From: Acidobacteriota bacterium
GTDB lineage: Bacteria > Acidobacteriota > UBA4820 > DSQY01
DNA: 21,463 bases
Reading direction: 5' to 3'
Assembly: GCA_049967655.1 (NCBI GenBank)
Contig: JBMFSH010000039.1
Location: forward strand, 1-21,463
Position 1 is the stretch's first letter. Each line of letters opens with the position of its first letter. The notes beneath the pieces were generated by a model. That model was not told where the DNA came from. It searched no databases and saw nothing but the letters and a program-made list of their open reading frames with translations. This document shows positions 1 to 7,479 of this stretch, one piece after another. The position numbers and the translations under genes were made by a program.

Positions 1-44
1 GCTGCCTCGGCTTCCTTGCATGAGGCCCATCGGCGCCGGGACGC

Positions 45-69
45 CGCTTTTCGCTTGCAGCGAAAAGCG
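45..69. repeat. Perfect 11-bp inverted repeat (hairpin)
   Basis: CGCTTTTCGCT-TGC-AGCGAAAAGCG read directly from the sequence. Confidence 0.7.
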
Positions 70-121
70 AAGCCAACTGCTCAATCGCAAGCTGAAATTA
101 TTTTGGACAGCCATGTTTCGA

Positions 122-142
122 CCTCACTCCTCACTCCTCACT
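122..142. repeat. Heptamer tandem repeat (CCTCACT)x3
   Basis: Three exact copies. The same unit family recurs at 12114-12140 and, as reverse complement with an 8-bp unit, at 5822-5869. Confidence 0.8.
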
Positions 143-181
143 TTCCCGCGCTTTGCCCCGCTTCGCTGAGGTGATCAGGCC

Positions 182-1873
182 ATGCATTTTAACCACCTGA
201 CCTGGGTCCGGGCGAGGTGCACAATAAACCGTTTCTGGCCGCCAAGCGCCCTGAAGGGGGGGCTGGGCGCCCTCTTTCTGCTCATGGGAGCCGCCTTCCT
301 CGCGGGCGACTTCGCCTTTTTCCGTCGCATCTTCGGCAACCTGCTCTCCAACGAGGAGATCCCGAGGATCCTGCTGGTGGCGGTCGCCTCCAAGCTCATG
401 TCCCTCGTCCTCCTGACCACCCTCACGCTGCTGCTCTTTTCGGCGGCCGTGAGCGCCCTCTCCTACCTCTACCTGGACGAGGATCTCGCCCTCCTCCTGC
501 CCTTGCCCGTGGGCCGCTGGTCGCTCCGCCTCCACCGCAGCCTGGAGGCGGGGGTGAACGCCGGGTACATGGTGGCCCTGCTCCTGGTCCCCGTGGTGGC
601 CGCCTACCTGAGCCTCTTCCCGGCAGATCCCTTCGCGCTGGCAGCCGGGTTCGCCGGCCTCCTCCTCTATCTGGCTATCCCCACCTCCCTCGGCATTGGC
701 CTGACGGTGCTTCTGGCCCGGTTTTTCCCGGCCCGGCGCCTCCACCAGGCCCTCACCATCCTGCTGGTGGTCATGGTCTGCCTGCTGGTGGTCCTCTTTC
801 GCCTGGCCCGTCCGGAGAACCTCCTGAACCCGGCCTCCTCTCTCCAAGCCCTGACGGTCCTCCGCTCCATTCGCCTTCCGAGCGAGGCGCTCCTGCCCTC
901 CACGTGGCTTGCGGACGTGGTGGTTCGAGGGGCCGAGCGCCAGTGGGACGGGGTCTGGCCCGCGCTTCTGCGCCTGGCCCTGACCACCCTGGCCGCCGTC
1001 GGCCTGTTGGCCCTCCTCCTGGGAGCCTTTCACTGGCGGGGATACGGCAGGGCACAGGAACAGGCCGAAATGCTTCCAAGGCGGGGGAGGAGCCGGCTGG
1101 GCGGGGGGCTTCTGACCCTGGCCCTGGCCGCAGCCCCCGCCGGGCGGAAGTCGCGGGCTCTCCTGCGGCGGGACCTCCTCCTCTTCTTCAGGGATCCGAC
1201 GCAGTGGGGGCAGGTGATCATCCTGGGCGCGCTGGTGGTGATCTACCTCTTCAACGTCCGGTTCATGCCCACCGACCTGGAGGTCTTCAAGGTGGCCGTC
1301 TCCTTCTGGAACCTCGCCACACTCGGGCTCATCGTGGCTTCCGTGGCGGGCCGGTTTGCCTTCACGGCCGTGGGGTCGGAGGGGAAGGCCTATTTCGTCT
1401 CCAGGGTTCTGCCCATCGACATCTGGTCCTACCTTTGGGCCAAGTTCCTCTTCACCGCCATCCCCCTGTCGGCCCTCGCGGCCCTGACCCTTTACGGTTC
1501 CAACCACTTTCTCGGCATCCGGGGAGAGGCCCTCGGGTACACGCTCTTTCTGGCCGTGGCCCAGTCGGTCACGCTGGCCGCGCTGGCCCTCTTCATGGGG
1601 ACGCTGGACCCGGTCTTCGACGCCCGCAATCCCGCCAAGGCCGTCATGAGTGCGTGGGGGCTGACCTACATGTTCGTATCGCTCGTCTACGTTGGGCTCG
1701 TGACGGTCCTGTCCGCCCGGCCCGTCTTCCACTACTACCAGCACCTGCTGGGGCGAGGCCCCGCGGCAGATTACTGGCCCTCGGCGCTCCAGGTGGGGGC
1801 CTTCAGTTTCGCCATCCTGGTGATCAGCTTTCTGACGGCGGGGTTTCGCCTTCAGAAGCTCGAAGGCACATAA
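182..1873 (+). CDS. Putative ABC-2-type exporter permease (polytopic membrane protein, 563 aa)
   Basis: GAGGTG RBS at 168-173. About 12-14 hydrophobic segments in two halves. Motifs 'LY..EDL.LLL.LP', 'RDL..FFRDP.QW', 'AVG.EGKAY' and 'YLWAKF' are typical of this ABC permease family. Confidence 0.8.
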   Translation: MHFNHLTWVRARCTINRFWPPSALKGGLGALFLLMGAAFLAGDFAFFRRIFGNLLSNEEIPRILLVAVASKLMSLVLLTTLTLLLFSAAVSALSYLYLDEDLALLLPLPVGRWSLRLHRSLEAGVNAGYMVALLLVPVVAAYLSLFPADPFALAAGFAGLLLYLAIPTSLGIGLTVLLARFFPARRLHQALTILLVVMVCLLVVLFRLARPENLLNPASSLQALTVLRSIRLPSEALLPSTWLADVVVRGAERQWDGVWPALLRLALTTLAAVGLLALLLGAFHWRGYGRAQEQAEMLPRRGRSRLGGGLLTLALAAAPAGRKSRALLRRDLLLFFRDPTQWGQVIILGALVVIYLFNVRFMPTDLEVFKVAVSFWNLATLGLIVASVAGRFAFTAVGSEGKAYFVSRVLPIDIWSYLWAKFLFTAIPLSALAALTLYGSNHFLGIRGEALGYTLFLAVAQSVTLAALALFMGTLDPVFDARNPAKAVMSAWGLTYMFVSLVYVGLVTVLSARPVFHYYQHLLGRGPAADYWPSALQVGAFSFAILVISFLTAGFRLQKLEGT

Positions 1874-2050
1874 TGGACTTGAAAGAGGACTCCGCCGTTT
1901 CCGGCCACCCGGTGGAAGAGCAACGGGCAGGTGATCGCCAAGAAGGGCGGCCCTCTGAAGGCCATGGTGCCCAAGGGCACGGTGGTTGAGGTCACCGTCC
2001 GCAACGAGGACGACCAAGGGGTCTCGGCACCTTTTGCCTTCAGCCGATGA
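1873..2050 (+). pseudogene. Frameshifted or truncated remnant of a C-terminal beta-rich domain of secreted proteins (…PATRWKSNGQVIAKKGGPLKAMVPKGTVVEVTVRNEDDQGVSAPFAFSR)
   Basis: Open frame 1883-2050 with gene-like codon usage but no good start of its own. Removing one T from TTT at 1898-1900 fuses it to the ATG at 1873 (TAATG overlap), giving 58 aa. Family resemblance is from recall, not a search. Confidence 0.55.
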
Positions 2051-2055
2051 AAGTG

Positions 2056-2220
2056 CGCCATTTTGGCCGCTATTCACCCCTCGCCGCCGGCCGTATTCCG
2101 TCCATGGTCCCATTGAGGTGTCCGTCTAGGTTCGATCTCGCCCGAACCGGACGTAATGGCCTGTCAAAATGACACTGCCATGTTGGCAACGCCAAAACGG
2201 CCATGAGCGCCCATGTGGCC
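2056..2220. promoter_or_regulatory. Cluster of palindromic operator/enhancer-like sites upstream of TBDR1
   Basis: CGCCA-TTT-TGGCC (2056-2068), TGTCA-AAA-TGACA (2162-2174), TGCCA-TGT-TGGCA (2176-2188), CGCCA-AAA-CGGCC (2190-2202) and degenerate CGCCC-ATG-TGGCC (2208-2220). Confidence 0.6.
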
Positions 2221-2700
2221 CAGAGCATAATCCGTATCGCACTGATAAATAAAGAGATGGTTAAAATGTGGCCGGAGTGGCAGTGCCCCGTTGCAGGCAA
2301 GACAAGAATGCACTATTCTCTACCCGTCTGTCTGGCCGTCGCCCGATTGACCGGCGTGCGTGCCGAGAGGAGCCAGAGGCGTTGCATTCTTTTCGTGGCC
2401 CTGGAACGGTGATCGGCAGGATCCGGCGGGGAATCTCCGTGCCCGCCGTGCACCGATACGGCTCCAGCCGAAGCGCGCTCATGCCGGGCTCCCTTCCCGT
2501 GAAGATCGACCGACACTCGATTCACCATCGATCTCAGCCATGGATTGCGGCCGTTCAGGAGCTGTCGCGCGGCCGGCCTCCGCCGAGGCGGGGTCCACCT
2601 GGGAAGCTCTCGGAGGACATAAGGAAGTTCATTCATTCAGCCATGGTCCATCGAGAAGGGAGAGATTCAGCCCGAGGGGAGCATCACAGGAGGCTATGAG

Positions 2701-5700
2701 ATGAAGCAAGCGCTCAAATTGAGTGCCGTGCTGGTTGTGGTAATGCTCTTGAGCGGCCTGGGCATCTGGGGCCAGACCACGAGTGGTACCATTCAAGGGA
2801 GGGTTACGGATTCGTCCGGCCAGCCCGTCATCGGGGCGGTCGTCCACGTGTCGGGCCCATCGGTGCAGGGCTTTCTGGGCACCGCCACGGACGTGAACGG
2901 CAACTACACCGTCCCCTTCGTTCCCGCGGGACACGGCTACGAGGTGAAGGTCACGGCCGCCGGGTTCAACGCGGTGGTGCGCAAAAACATCGACGTCCCC
3001 CTGGGCTCGGCGGTGCAACTGCCGTTCGTCCTGAGCGCCGGCGAGACCCAGATCACGGTCACCAGCGCCGCCCCCATCATCAACCTCAAGAGCACCACCA
3101 CCGGGGCCACGCTCTCCAGCGAGATGGTGAACGCCATCCCGATCCCCCGCGACTCCAACCAGATCGTCTTCCTGGCGCCGAGCGCCGTGAGTTCGGGCTC
3201 CTCCACGCCCGGTAACGCCTCCATCGGGGGCTCCACGGGCGCCGAAAACCAGTACATGATCAACGGCATGAACATCACCAACACGGACCTCGGCATCTCC
3301 TCCAACGGTTCGATCGGTAACGCCCCGAACACCAACGACACCATGCTCAACTTCGACTTCATCCAGGACATGCAGGTGCTCACGGGCGGCATTCCCCCCG
3401 AGTACGGCGGTGCCATGGGCGGCGTGGTGAACGCCATCACGCGAAGCGGCGGCAACGAGTTCCACGGCTCCCTCTACGCCTACTATACTAACGCTACCTA
3501 CTCGGCCAAGCAGACCACGTACAGCTACAACAACCAGCTCCAGGGCAACGCTGGCCACACCCAGTACGACGTGGGCGGCGATCTGGGCGGCTACTTCATC
3601 AAGGACAAGCTCTGGTTCTACCTGGGCTACGACTACAACCGCTACAAGGAGTACACCGCCCTGCCCACGACCCAAGACCCCTACCTCTTTATCAACGGCA
3701 GCGGTGCCCAGTCGGTCTTCAACGGGCAGCAGATCACCGACATCAACCAGATCAACCAACAGTACGCCTTCAAGGTGACCTGGAACATCAACCCGAACCA
3801 GAAGCTGGCCGTCAGCACCTTCGGCAACGTGGACAAGGAGGGGCGGTACGGGGCCCTCGATACTTTCAACGCGGCCTCGTCCCCCTGGACCCTGAAGGAC
3901 GAGCCGAACAACCTCTCGCTCCAGTGGAACTCCACCTGGTCGCCCAAGTTCTTCAGCGAGGTGGTGCTGAGCTACCACCACGAACACCAGTGGCAGACCT
4001 TCAACAACGCCTCGGCCCAGAACAACTGGCAGTACAGCTACGCCCTGGCCACGGAAATCTACAACGGGTTCCACGTCTACCCAGCGAACCAGACCGACCC
4101 CTCCCAGTACACCTACAACCCCGCGACCGGCGTCACCGACCTGCTCAACAACAACTACGTCAACTCGTTGGGCGGCGGCGGCTACGGCGGCGTGGCCAAG
4201 GACGAGTCGGAACAGGCCAACGTGAAGCTGACCAACCTCTTCAACTGGCACGGCCAGCACGAGCTCTCCTACGGAGCTCAGTACGACCAGCGCTACTACA
4301 CGCCCGTCTTCGGTCTGACCGGTCCGACCAACTTCATCTCGCCCGAGACCCACACGCCGGCCATCGGCGGCCTCTTCATCCAGTGGGCCCCGGCCGCTTA
4401 CTACGGGCTGCCCACGGGCCCCCAGGGACAGCAGTACGTCTACACGGCCCAGGACTACTTCACCCCCATGGACCGCCCCTCCCAGACGCGGACCGAGGCG
4501 CTCTGGGTCAACGACAACTGGAGCCTGACGCAGTTCTTCACCGTGAAGGCCGGCGTCCGCTACAGCCAGCAGTACATCGCGGGCATGTTGCCCGGCGCCG
4601 AGAGCATCAACCTGAAGGGCAACTTCGACCCCCGCGTCGGCTTTACCTGGGACACGACCCACGACGGGAAGAGCAAGTTCTACGGCTTCTACGGCCGCTA
4701 CACCCAGGACATGCCCACGGACCTGGCCGTCCGCAGCCTCAACAACGAGGTGAGCGGCATCGAGCAGTTCTACAACCCGAACCTGACCTCCTTCATCCCC
4801 ACCAACTCCTACATTCTGGGCGCCTCGGGTGAGGACGTTCAGGGCCAGACCCCCGGCATGCCCATCAGCACCCCCATCGAGTCCCCCTCCACCGACGAGT
4901 ACATCCTGGGGTACGAGTACCAGCTCCAGCCCACGTTGCGCGTGGGCAGCCGAATCGTCTACCGCAACCTGCACCAGGGCATCGAGGACTTCTCCTTCAA
5001 CGGAGCCAGGACCTACATCATCGGCAACCCCAGCAGCTGGTCGGGCATCCCGGTGCCGGGCCTGGGCCCCGGGTTCTCCATCGACAAGAGCAAGACCTAC
5101 TACTTCCCCCACATGACCCGCCGCTACACGGCCGTCGAACTCACGGCCGACAAGCGCTACAGCAACAACTGGCAGTTGCAGGCCTCCTACGTCTGGTCCC
5201 GGCTCAAGGGTAACTACGAGGGGCTGAGCTCCAACGACACCCTCACGGGCCAGCTCGACCCCGGCATCAACGCCACCTACGATCTGCCGCAGTTCCTCGT
5301 GAACGGAGACGGCTACCTGCCCAACGACCGGACCCACGTGGGGAAGATCTACGGCTCCTACACCTTCAGCAACATCCCCCTGGTTCTCTCGGCCAATTTC
5401 CAGATCCAGAGCGGCACGCCCATCAGCAAGTACATCCTCGTGGACTGGTACGGCGGCGCCGCGGGCTTCTACAACCAGCGCGGTTCCGACGGCCGTACCC
5501 CCACCACCTGGACCCTGGACATGGCTGCCCAGTACAACTTCAAGCTCTGGAAGACCAACCTGGGCCTGCGCCTCGACGTCTTCAACGTGACCAACGAGAA
5601 CAAACCGATCGTCATCGACGAGTACTACGCCCACCAGGCGTCCCCGGGCGGCCCCATCCAGGTTTTCAGCCCCCAGACCAGCCTCTACGGCAAGCCCTGG

Positions 5701-5751
5701 GTGAGCCAGGCGCCGCGTTACGTCCGCTTCAGCATCCGCTGGACTTTCTAA
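2701..5751 (+). CDS. TonB-dependent receptor, Oar-like, with N-terminal carboxypeptidase-regulatory-like domain (TBDR1, 1016 aa)
   Basis: AGGAGG RBS and a signal peptide. 'GTIQGRVTDSSGQPVIGAVV' N-domain, plug motifs 'ENQYMING' and 'EYGGAMGGVVNAITRSGGNEFHGS', 'GGYFIKDKLWFY', and a C-terminal beta-signal ending 'FSIRWTF'. Confidence 0.92.
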   Translation: MKQALKLSAVLVVVMLLSGLGIWGQTTSGTIQGRVTDSSGQPVIGAVVHVSGPSVQGFLGTATDVNGNYTVPFVPAGHGYEVKVTAAGFNAVVRKNIDVPLGSAVQLPFVLSAGETQITVTSAAPIINLKSTTTGATLSSEMVNAIPIPRDSNQIVFLAPSAVSSGSSTPGNASIGGSTGAENQYMINGMNITNTDLGISSNGSIGNAPNTNDTMLNFDFIQDMQVLTGGIPPEYGGAMGGVVNAITRSGGNEFHGSLYAYYTNATYSAKQTTYSYNNQLQGNAGHTQYDVGGDLGGYFIKDKLWFYLGYDYNRYKEYTALPTTQDPYLFINGSGAQSVFNGQQITDINQINQQYAFKVTWNINPNQKLAVSTFGNVDKEGRYGALDTFNAASSPWTLKDEPNNLSLQWNSTWSPKFFSEVVLSYHHEHQWQTFNNASAQNNWQYSYALATEIYNGFHVYPANQTDPSQYTYNPATGVTDLLNNNYVNSLGGGGYGGVAKDESEQANVKLTNLFNWHGQHELSYGAQYDQRYYTPVFGLTGPTNFISPETHTPAIGGLFIQWAPAAYYGLPTGPQGQQYVYTAQDYFTPMDRPSQTRTEALWVNDNWSLTQFFTVKAGVRYSQQYIAGMLPGAESINLKGNFDPRVGFTWDTTHDGKSKFYGFYGRYTQDMPTDLAVRSLNNEVSGIEQFYNPNLTSFIPTNSYILGASGEDVQGQTPGMPISTPIESPSTDEYILGYEYQLQPTLRVGSRIVYRNLHQGIEDFSFNGARTYIIGNPSSWSGIPVPGLGPGFSIDKSKTYYFPHMTRRYTAVELTADKRYSNNWQLQASYVWSRLKGNYEGLSSNDTLTGQLDPGINATYDLPQFLVNGDGYLPNDRTHVGKIYGSYTFSNIPLVLSANFQIQSGTPISKYILVDWYGGAAGFYNQRGSDGRTPTTWTLDMAAQYNFKLWKTNLGLRLDVFNVTNENKPIVIDEYYAHQASPGGPIQVFSPQTSLYGKPWVSQAPRYVRFSIRWTF

Positions 5752-5782
5752 TGTAGCTGGAGGAAGTACAAGAGATTCCTCA

Positions 5783-5813
5783 GGGCCCCGGGGCAACCCG
5801 GGGCCCGTTTTTT
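5783..5813 (+). terminator. Rho-independent terminator of TBDR1
   Basis: 10-bp stem GGGCCCCGGG, GCAA tetraloop, CCCGGGGCCC, followed by GTTTTTT. Confidence 0.9.
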
Positions 5814-5821
5814 GGGGGGAG

Positions 5822-5869
5822 GTGAGGAAGTAAGGAAGTGAGGAAGTGAGGAAATGAGGAAATGAGGAA
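5822..5869. repeat. Octamer tandem repeat (RTRAGGAA)x6
   Basis: GTGAGGAA GTAAGGAA GTGAGGAA GTGAGGAA ATGAGGAA ATGAGGAA. Confidence 0.85.
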
Positions 5870-5904
5870 GGCAGAGCACGAAGGGGCCCTATGGCTTGCC
5901 CTCT

Positions 5905-5991
5905 TCTCGTCTCGCACTTCGCCTCTTCTCGCGCACATCGCGTTTCGCGTCTTGCATCTCGCACGCATCACGCCCTGTCACGCATCACGCC
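5905..5991. repeat. Degenerate heptamer array (TCKCGCA/TCACGCA-like)
   Basis: Roughly 7-bp periodic units such as tcgcgtt tcgcgtc ttgcatc tcgcacg, and catcacg twice. Confidence 0.65.
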
Positions 5992-5992
5992 C

Positions 5993-6021
5993 TTGCCCGG
6001 GCCCAAGCGGGGTGGCATACT
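5993..6021 (+). promoter_or_regulatory. Putative sigma-70 promoter for the PLP lyase gene
   Basis: TTGCCC-17 bp-CATACT, with TG at the extended -10 position, about 40 bp before the ATG. Confidence 0.5.
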
Positions 6022-6059
6022 GCCCCACCGGGCCCAGGCCCGGCATCTGGAGGGGATCC

Positions 6060-7259
6060 ATGACCAAGCACGACAAGAGCGATAAGGCTTCCATCGATAC
6101 TCTCTGCATCCACGCCGGCCAGGCACCCGACCCCGTCTTCGGCTCGGTGGCGCCGCCCATCTACCAGACCTCCACCTTCGCCTTCCGGTCCACCGACCAG
6201 GGGGCGGCGCGCTTCGCCGGGACGGAGCCGGGCTACATCTACACGCGGATGGGAAATCCCACCATTGCCATGCTCGAGGAGAACGTGGCGGCCCTGGAGG
6301 GCGGAGTGGCCGCCCTGGCCACGGCCACGGGCATGGCGGCCGTCTCCACCGCCTTCTTTGCGCTGCTCTCTCAGGGCGACCACGTGGTCTGCAGCGCCTC
6401 CGTCTACGGGCCTTCCCGGGTCATCCTGGAGAGGGATTTCGTGCGGTTCGGGGTGAGTGCCTCCTTCGTGGATACCAGCGACCTGGCGGCGCTGAAGAGG
6501 GCCTTGACGCCGAGGACGCGCCTCGTCTTTGTCGAGACGCCGGCCAACCCCACCCTCGCCGTGACGGACCTGTCCGCCGCCGCCGAGATGGCCCACGCGG
6601 CCGGAGCTTTGCTCGTGGTGGACAACACCTTCATGAGTCCCATCCTTCAGCGCCCCTTCCGCTTCGGCGCCGATCTCGTGCTCCACTCGGTGACCAAATT
6701 CCTCAACGGCCACTCGGACGTGGTGGGCGGCATTCTCGTCTTTCGGGACGAGGCTCTCTTGAAGAGGGTTCGCCCCGTCCTCTTCTACCTGGGCGGAACC
6801 ATGGACCCCCACCAGGCGTGGCTCGTCCTCAGGGGGATCAAGACCCTGGCCATGAGGGTTCGCGTGGCTCAGGAGAACGCCCAGGCCTGCGCGGCCCTCC
6901 TGGCCGGGCACCCGGCCGTGGCCGAAGTGCGCTACCCCGGGCTTCCGGGCCATCCGCAGGCGGCCGTCATGGCTCGCCAGATGGAGGGCCCCGGCTCGCT
7001 GATCTCCTTCGAGCTCAAGGGCGGATTGCCGGCCGGCAAGCGCCTGCTGGAGGGATTGAAGCTGGCCGCCCTCGCCGTCAGCCTGGGCGGCGTGGAGACC
7101 CTCATCCAGCACCCGGCCTCCATGACGCACGCCGCCATGCGGCGCGAGGACCGGCTGGCCGCTGGGATCACCGACGGCCTCGTGCGACTCTCCGTGGGTT
7201 GCGAAGGCAGGGAGGACCTGCTCGCCGACCTCAAGCAGGGGCTGGACGCGCTGCTGTGA
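6060..7259 (+). CDS. PLP-dependent trans-sulfuration family enzyme, methionine gamma-lyase-like (399 aa)
   Basis: GGAGG RBS before ATG 6060. Motifs 'PPIYQTSTF', 'YIYTRMGNPT', 'GMAA', 'VETPANPT', 'VVDNTF', PLP-lysine 'HSVTKFLNGHSDV', 'AVSLGGVETLIQHPASMTH' and 'LVRLSVG.E'. Confidence 0.9.
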   Translation: MTKHDKSDKASIDTLCIHAGQAPDPVFGSVAPPIYQTSTFAFRSTDQGAARFAGTEPGYIYTRMGNPTIAMLEENVAALEGGVAALATATGMAAVSTAFFALLSQGDHVVCSASVYGPSRVILERDFVRFGVSASFVDTSDLAALKRALTPRTRLVFVETPANPTLAVTDLSAAAEMAHAAGALLVVDNTFMSPILQRPFRFGADLVLHSVTKFLNGHSDVVGGILVFRDEALLKRVRPVLFYLGGTMDPHQAWLVLRGIKTLAMRVRVAQENAQACAALLAGHPAVAEVRYPGLPGHPQAAVMARQMEGPGSLISFELKGGLPAGKRLLEGLKLAALAVSLGGVETLIQHPASMTHAAMRREDRLAAGITDGLVRLSVGCEGREDLLADLKQGLDALL

Positions 7260-7260
7260 G

Positions 7261-7302
7261 GGCGAGACGGCAGACGCTGGACGCGAGAGGCTAGACGCTG
7301 GA
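7261..7302. repeat. Degenerate heptamer tandem repeat x6
   Basis: GGCGAGA CGGCAGA CGCTGGA CGCGAGA GGCTAGA CGCTGGA, immediately after the stop codon. Confidence 0.75.
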
Positions 7303-7314
7303 GGTAAGGGCCGC

Positions 7315-7384
7315 GGAGGAGGCCTCTCCAGAGGCCGATGCACCGGACGTCCACCGTGAATCGCGCTCTGGAAGAGCTCCTACA
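7315..7384. repeat. Inverted pair of GTAG-family REP-like palindromes (REPIN-like)
   Basis: GGAGGAGGCCTCTCCAGAGGCCGAT (7315-7339) and, on the - strand, TGTAGGAGCTCTTCCAGAGCGCGAT (7384-7360). Each has an internal hairpin. Confidence 0.55.
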
Positions 7385-7479
7385 AGCGAAGCCTGTAGCG
7401 AACTGCCCCCGCGGCTTTTTGCAGATCACAGCTTCTTGGTGCCTTCCTGTCTTGGTGGTGATTCCTACCGGATATCCTC

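Noticed and set aside
1873..1989. Stand-alone 38-aa ORF after the permease
   Set aside because: Beyond the first nine codons the protein-like signal lies in the +1 frame.
131..2113. 660-aa antisense ORF and 590-aa alternate-frame ORF (217-1989)
   Set aside because: Low-complexity G/R/P-rich translations overlapping a clear permease. These are GC-rich artefacts.
2258..2312. Sigma-54 promoter for TBDR1 (TGGCAGTGCCCCGTTGCA; AGGCAAGACAAGAATGCA; TGGTTAAAATGTGGC)
   Set aside because: The first two have GG-N12-GC rather than the required N10. The third has the right spacing but poor consensus.
2400..2620. Cobalamin riboswitch upstream of a TBDR
   Set aside because: GGGAA words are present, but the conserved GCCCCCGC-ACTGT and GCCACTG elements are not.
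2629..5964. 1111-aa antisense ORF
   Set aside because: Shadow of TBDR1 caused by strong codon bias. It has no motifs and starts inside repeat DNA.
5822..5991. CRISPR array
   Set aside because: Units are 7-8 bp tandem repeats without spacers, and there are no cas genes.
5862..6059. 66-aa N-terminal extension of the lyase, or a SAM riboswitch
   Set aside because: The extension translates heptamer repeats, and the RBS supports ATG 6060. No SAM-I core motif (ATC-AGAG…GGCAACC) is seen.
7432..7461. Short repeat CTTCTTGGTG…GTCTTGGTGGTGA after the phoU stop
   Set aside because: It resembles common interspersed short repeats but has only two units, too little to call.
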